A DNA stretch of 64,000 nt, from NCBI GenBank assembly GCA_030603445.1, contig JAUVXU010000004.1, positions 42,656 through 106,655 of the forward strand, in the 5' to 3' direction. The position numbers and the translations under genes are program-made. Shown here piece after piece: positions 60,640-64,000 of this stretch; positions within the stretch are counted from its first letter, which is position 1; each line of letters begins with the position of its first letter. The notes beneath the pieces were generated by a model. That model made no database searches, was not told the origin of the DNA, and saw only the letters and a program-made list of their open reading frames with translations. The DNA comes from Methanomicrobia archaeon. Lineage in GTDB: Archaea; Methanobacteriota_B; Thermococci; Methanofastidiosales; NM3.

Positions 60640-61869
60640 TTATTCATTTTTCATGTTTGGACGCCCTAGTGGCAACCTAATTGTGAATTTTGAACCTTTC
60701 TCAAATTCGCTACTAACATCTATTGTTCCGTTGTGTGCAGCGACTATCTCTTTTACAATAGCTAAGCCAAGGCCTGTTCCCCCTGCATCCCTGACGACCT
60801 TGTTGTCTGCACGGAAAAACTTTGAAAAAAGCTTTTTCTGGTCACTTTCGCTCATGCCAACACCAGTATCCTCCAAAGATATGATTGCGTTATCCCCTTC
60901 TGTATCAAGAATCAGATATATGGAACCTGACTCGGTGTACTTAATAGAATTTGTAAACAGATTCCATAGAACCTGACTTATTCTATCTCCATCGACCCAC
61001 GCCAGTATATCGGGCTTGATGTTCTTGTGAAAGGCAAGCCCTTTCTTCTTGATAAGCAGTTCTGTTCCCTTTGCAGTTGCCTCAACTATTTCTGAAAGTG
61101 ATATATGTGTCAAATTCATAGTAAGCCTTTTTGACTCCATCTTTTGAACATCTAAGAACTCATTTATGAGTGATGCAAGTCTATCGGTGTTTCTCTTGAC
61201 TATTCCTAAAAAATCACGTTGTATATCGTTTATTTCCCCTGTATCCTCATCCAGGATAATATCGATATAACCCTTAATAGACGTCAACGGCGTCCTGAGC
61301 TCATGGGAAACTGTCGAAACAAGATCGGACTTTATCTTGTCCACGCTCTTTAGCTCCTCAAGCATTATATCGATCTTTGCCTTTTCGTTTTTTAGGTCAT
61401 CAAATAATGCCAACAGTTCGTCATTTTTTCTCTTAAGCTCACTTACCATCTCTGCTCTTGATAAACGAATTAACCTTTCCCTCTCCAAGGATATGAATTC
61501 CTCGGTTGGGATGAATTTTACTGGGGGATACTTAAAAGCATTGACATTTAGCATATTTCCATTAGTACTAGATATGAAAATATCATCAAAAAACGCCTCT
61601 GTCCATTTTATATCCGGATCCTCTGTGCGGCCTTTAAACAAAATATCTAGTCCAAAGCCCTTTTCCCTCTCATCAAAGCCAACTGCAACGCTTGCTGCAT
61701 TGCCGTTAGAGTACATTTGGCGGCTTAATTCAGAAGTTGCTGTAGCAAGCTTTGTGGCACCGATTGTGTCAAATCCCACATCCTCTGCCAACATGCGGAC
61801 CTTGTTCCTGGCCTCAACGATAGAAGAAGCCTCTTTGATAGAGATCTCTCCAAGATGCATCTTGTTCAT
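60640..61869 (-). CDS. Histidine kinase with N-terminal RsbT-like domain
   Basis: N-terminal IVEARNKVR..LATATSELSR; SHELRTPL, NLFTNSIKY, DTGVG, GGTGLGL. Confidence 0.9.
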   Translation of the reverse strand: MNKMHLGEISIKEASSIVEARNKVRMLAEDVGFDTIGATKLATATSELSRQMYSNGNAASVAVGFDEREKGFGLDILFKGRTEDPDIKWTEAFFDDIFISSTNGNMLNVNAFKYPPVKFIPTEEFISLERERLIRLSRAEMVSELKRKNDELLALFDDLKNEKAKIDIMLEELKSVDKIKSDLVSTVSHELRTPLTSIKGYIDIILDEDTGEINDIQRDFLGIVKRNTDRLASLINEFLDVQKMESKRLTMNLTHISLSEIVEATAKGTELLIKKKGLAFHKNIKPDILAWVDGDRISQVLWNLFTNSIKYTESGSIYLILDTEGDNAIISLEDTGVGMSESDQKKLFSKFFRADNKVVRDAGGTGLGLAIVKEIVAAHNGTIDVSSEFEKGSKFTIRLPLGRPNMKNE

Positions 61870-62411
61870 CTATATCTCACCGCCATGCAAGCCGCGTCAT
61901 CGCTCTTCTTTCCAAACATGTGAATTATTTTCTTAGCCATGGTCTTGGCGTCGTCTGTTAAAATCTCCGGATAGTCTCCCAGTTCGAAATGCTCCTTTAC
62001 ACCATCCGTATACAGCACGACAACATCTGCGCGAGAAAACGGCCTTTCCATCGCCTTTAATGTTGGAAGAACGTACCCAACAACGCCAGGCAGTGATATA
62101 AACCTCATAGTGTCTGGGCCAAACACCCTTGCAGTTATATTGCCTACTCCAACGTATCTTAGCTCCATTAATTGCAAATCAAGAAGACACAATCCTACAA
62201 CTGCCCCTCTAGAACCTCTTATCTCCTCATGCAATCCCCTCATTATCTTGATAATGTCTTTTTGATGGTTCTCATCCAGATACTCTTTGCATGTGATTGC
62301 GATTTCGTGTGCTTTTTTTCCATGTCCAAGCACATCGACTAGCCCCATGAACACTTTTTTGTCAAACGCCTTGATAACTCCGATGTCTCCACATTCGCTA
62401 TCCTTTATCAA
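61866..62411 (-). CDS. rsbX: RsbX/SpoIIE-like PP2C phosphatase
   Basis: ECGD, DVLGHG, GVGNI, YTDGV, DDA; true 5' end uncertain. Confidence 0.82.
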   Translation of the reverse strand: MIKDSECGDIGVIKAFDKKVFMGLVDVLGHGKKAHEIAITCKEYLDENHQKDIIKIMRGLHEEIRGSRGAVVGLCLLDLQLMELRYVGVGNITARVFGPDTMRFISLPGVVGYVLPTLKAMERPFSRADVVVLYTDGVKEHFELGDYPEILTDDAKTMAKKIIHMFGKKSDDAACMAVRYR

Positions 62412-62451
62412 GGGCCTTGTGGCAATATAAAAATCAGATGTACCGTTTTTC

Positions 62452-62895
62452 CTACAACCACCGCCTCACTGTAATCTTCGTGCCTTTTGTCCTGGATGGG
62501 TCCATCAAGAATTCGTGCATCAGGCGCTTTATTCCTGGCAGACCAACGCCTAGTCCTTTGGATGTGCTATAATTCTCTTTTAGCGCAAGATTTATGTCTT
62601 TTATTCCTGGGCCGTTGTCCTCTGCAACAACTTCAATACCTTTTTTTCCCCTCTTTATAATAGGCTTTAGGATAAGTTCTCCTTCTCCCGCATAACGGAC
62701 TATATTTGTTCCAAGCTCGGAAACGGCAGTTGATATCATGCACTGCTCATTTGGTTTGAATCCAATGGACTTTGCAATTATCCTTGATTCCATGATCGTT
62801 TTTGAAACATCTACTATGCTTCGTACACTAATCCTCTTCTCCGCTAGCTTCTTCTCCGCTATCAGGCTCGCCCTCCTGCTCCTCTTCAAGATCAT
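62452..62895 (-). CDS. rsbT: RsbT serine/threonine kinase / anti-sigma regulatory factor
   Basis: TAVSELGTNIVRYA, DNGPGI, YST..GLGVGLPG.KRLM; start uncertain, overlaps the rsbS tail. Confidence 0.9.
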   Translation of the reverse strand: MILKRSRRASLIAEKKLAEKRISVRSIVDVSKTIMESRIIAKSIGFKPNEQCMISTAVSELGTNIVRYAGEGELILKPIIKRGKKGIEVVAEDNGPGIKDINLALKENYSTSKGLGVGLPGIKRLMHEFLMDPSRTKGTKITVRRWL

Positions 62896-63298
62896 CTTCA
62901 GGCAACTCATCAAAATTCTCGACAAGCTCTGTTGCCGGAGCTACCTTCTGAATGCCGTCTTCAACTGTTGTAGATATGAGGATATCTTCAAAATCGATTC
63001 CTAGGTCTACGATGGATGCTACCACCTCCGGCCTGAACCCCGTAATTACTGTCTTTGCACCTAACAAGGATGCCATCCTTGCAGTGTCAAAAGCAGTTTT
63101 GCACAAAAAAGAGTCCATTACTGTAACACCGGAAAAATCTATTACAACGCCCTTCACATCTGTTGCTTCTATCCTCTTCAAAATCTCCTTTTGGATATGC
63201 AACATTGCCTCATCGTAAAGCTCAATCTGGATAGGAACTATGAGGCATCCGCTTGTGATATGCATTTCCACGTTAAACAGGGTATTTTCATCATCCAT
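62828..63298 (-). CDS. rsbS: RsbS STAS-domain antagonist with acidic tail
   Basis: LIVPIQIEL, VIDFSGV..MDSF (phospho-Ser), LLGA..VITG.RPEV. Confidence 0.9.
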   Translation of the reverse strand: MDDENTLFNVEMHITSGCLIVPIQIELYDEAMLHIQKEILKRIEATDVKGVVIDFSGVTVMDSFLCKTAFDTARMASLLGAKTVITGFRPEVVASIVDLGIDFEDILISTTVEDGIQKVAPATELVENFDELPEDDLEEEQEGEPDSGEEASGEED

Positions 63299-63320
63299 GA
63301 AACAATGGCTCCCTTGAATA

Positions 63321-64000
63321 TCACTTGCCTTTTCTTGATATGTCCTTGTCTTCTTTTACAGCAAGCCCCAATTCTTCAAACGAGAGCAGCAAAGCATCCT
63401 TTAAAGTCGTTGCAGTGTTTAACCCGGAAAAATCAATTCCAAGATGCACTATTGTCTGAGCTATCTCTGATGACATGCCGGATAGTATGCAATCTGCACC
63501 TACGAGTTTGGTTGCTTTAGTTATCTTTATTATATGATTTGCCACAGCCGTGTCTACACTTGCTACACCAGATATGTCCAGTATGCACATCTTTGACTCA
63601 GTCTCGGTGATCTTTTTTAAACAGGCTTCCATGACATTTTGTGCACGTACTGAATCTATTATCCCGACAAGAGGCAGCATTATTATGTTTTCCCAAACTG
63701 TTATGACTGGTGTTGACATCTCTGACATTGCCTGTATTTGCGCTGATATGGTATCTTCGTTTCTTTTTACATATTCATCAACTATGCAAAAATTTAATTC
63801 AAAGATCAGCTCGCTCATTGCTACTGCTTCTTTAATTAAAACATCGCGGTCCTGATCTAATAATCCCTCGTCAAGGATAGCGACAATAGCATGTTTTAGC
63901 TCAAAGATGCAAGATGCTGTTTGTGAAGGCGTAAACCCACCCTGAATGTATGAGATTGCTATTTCTTTGACAGCCTCAATGAGTGGCTCATACTCCGGGT
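63321..64000 (-). CDS. rsbR: RsbR co-antagonist (RsbRD-N-like domain + STAS), 5'-truncated by the window end
   Basis: Frame is open to the window end (..QGGFTPSQTASCIFELK..); STPVI, LPLVGIIDS.RA, DISGV..VDT. Confidence 0.9.
   Translation of the reverse strand, partial: PEYEPLIEAVKEIAISYIQGGFTPSQTASCIFELKHAIVAILDEGLLDQDRDVLIKEAVAMSELIFELNFCIVDEYVKRNEDTISAQIQAMSEMSTPVITVWENIIMLPLVGIIDSVRAQNVMEACLKKITETESKMCILDISGVASVDTAVANHIIKITKATKLVGADCILSGMSSEIAQTIVHLGIDFSGLNTATTLKDALLLSFEELGLAVKEDKDISRKGK

Overview
Gene-dense archaeal chromosomal segment. Hef, Hel308, topoisomerase VI, aRF1, class V FBPase, a Thermococcales-like GcvT and C/D box sRNAs point to a Thermococci-related euryarchaeon such as Methanofastidiosales or Theionarchaea; the lineage is inferred from protein similarity read by eye. 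Housekeeping genes (ychF, gcvT/H, argS, ileS, tpiA, eno, pyrE, purB, rio1 cluster) and a complete threonine operon are mixed with several accessory modules. (1) A reductive pyrimidine-degradation-like operon has two tandem PreA paralogues, no PreT partner, and an apparently circularly permuted FrhB/FpoF-family protein in its place, suggesting an F420- or ferredoxin-dependent dihydropyrimidine dehydrogenase; this is the top candidate novel system. (2) An exosortase-G-like + GT2 + IPSL-CTERM target protein-sorting locus. (3) A stressosome (RsbR/S/T/X) followed by kinase, receiver, HEAT and GT2 genes next to tRNA-Val(CAC). (4) Two C/D box guide sRNAs predicted to target 16S C1402 and tRNA-Leu(CAA) C34. 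(5) A MITE-like element beside an AT-rich ASCH gene. All calls come from reading the sequence and recalling motifs; no searches were run.
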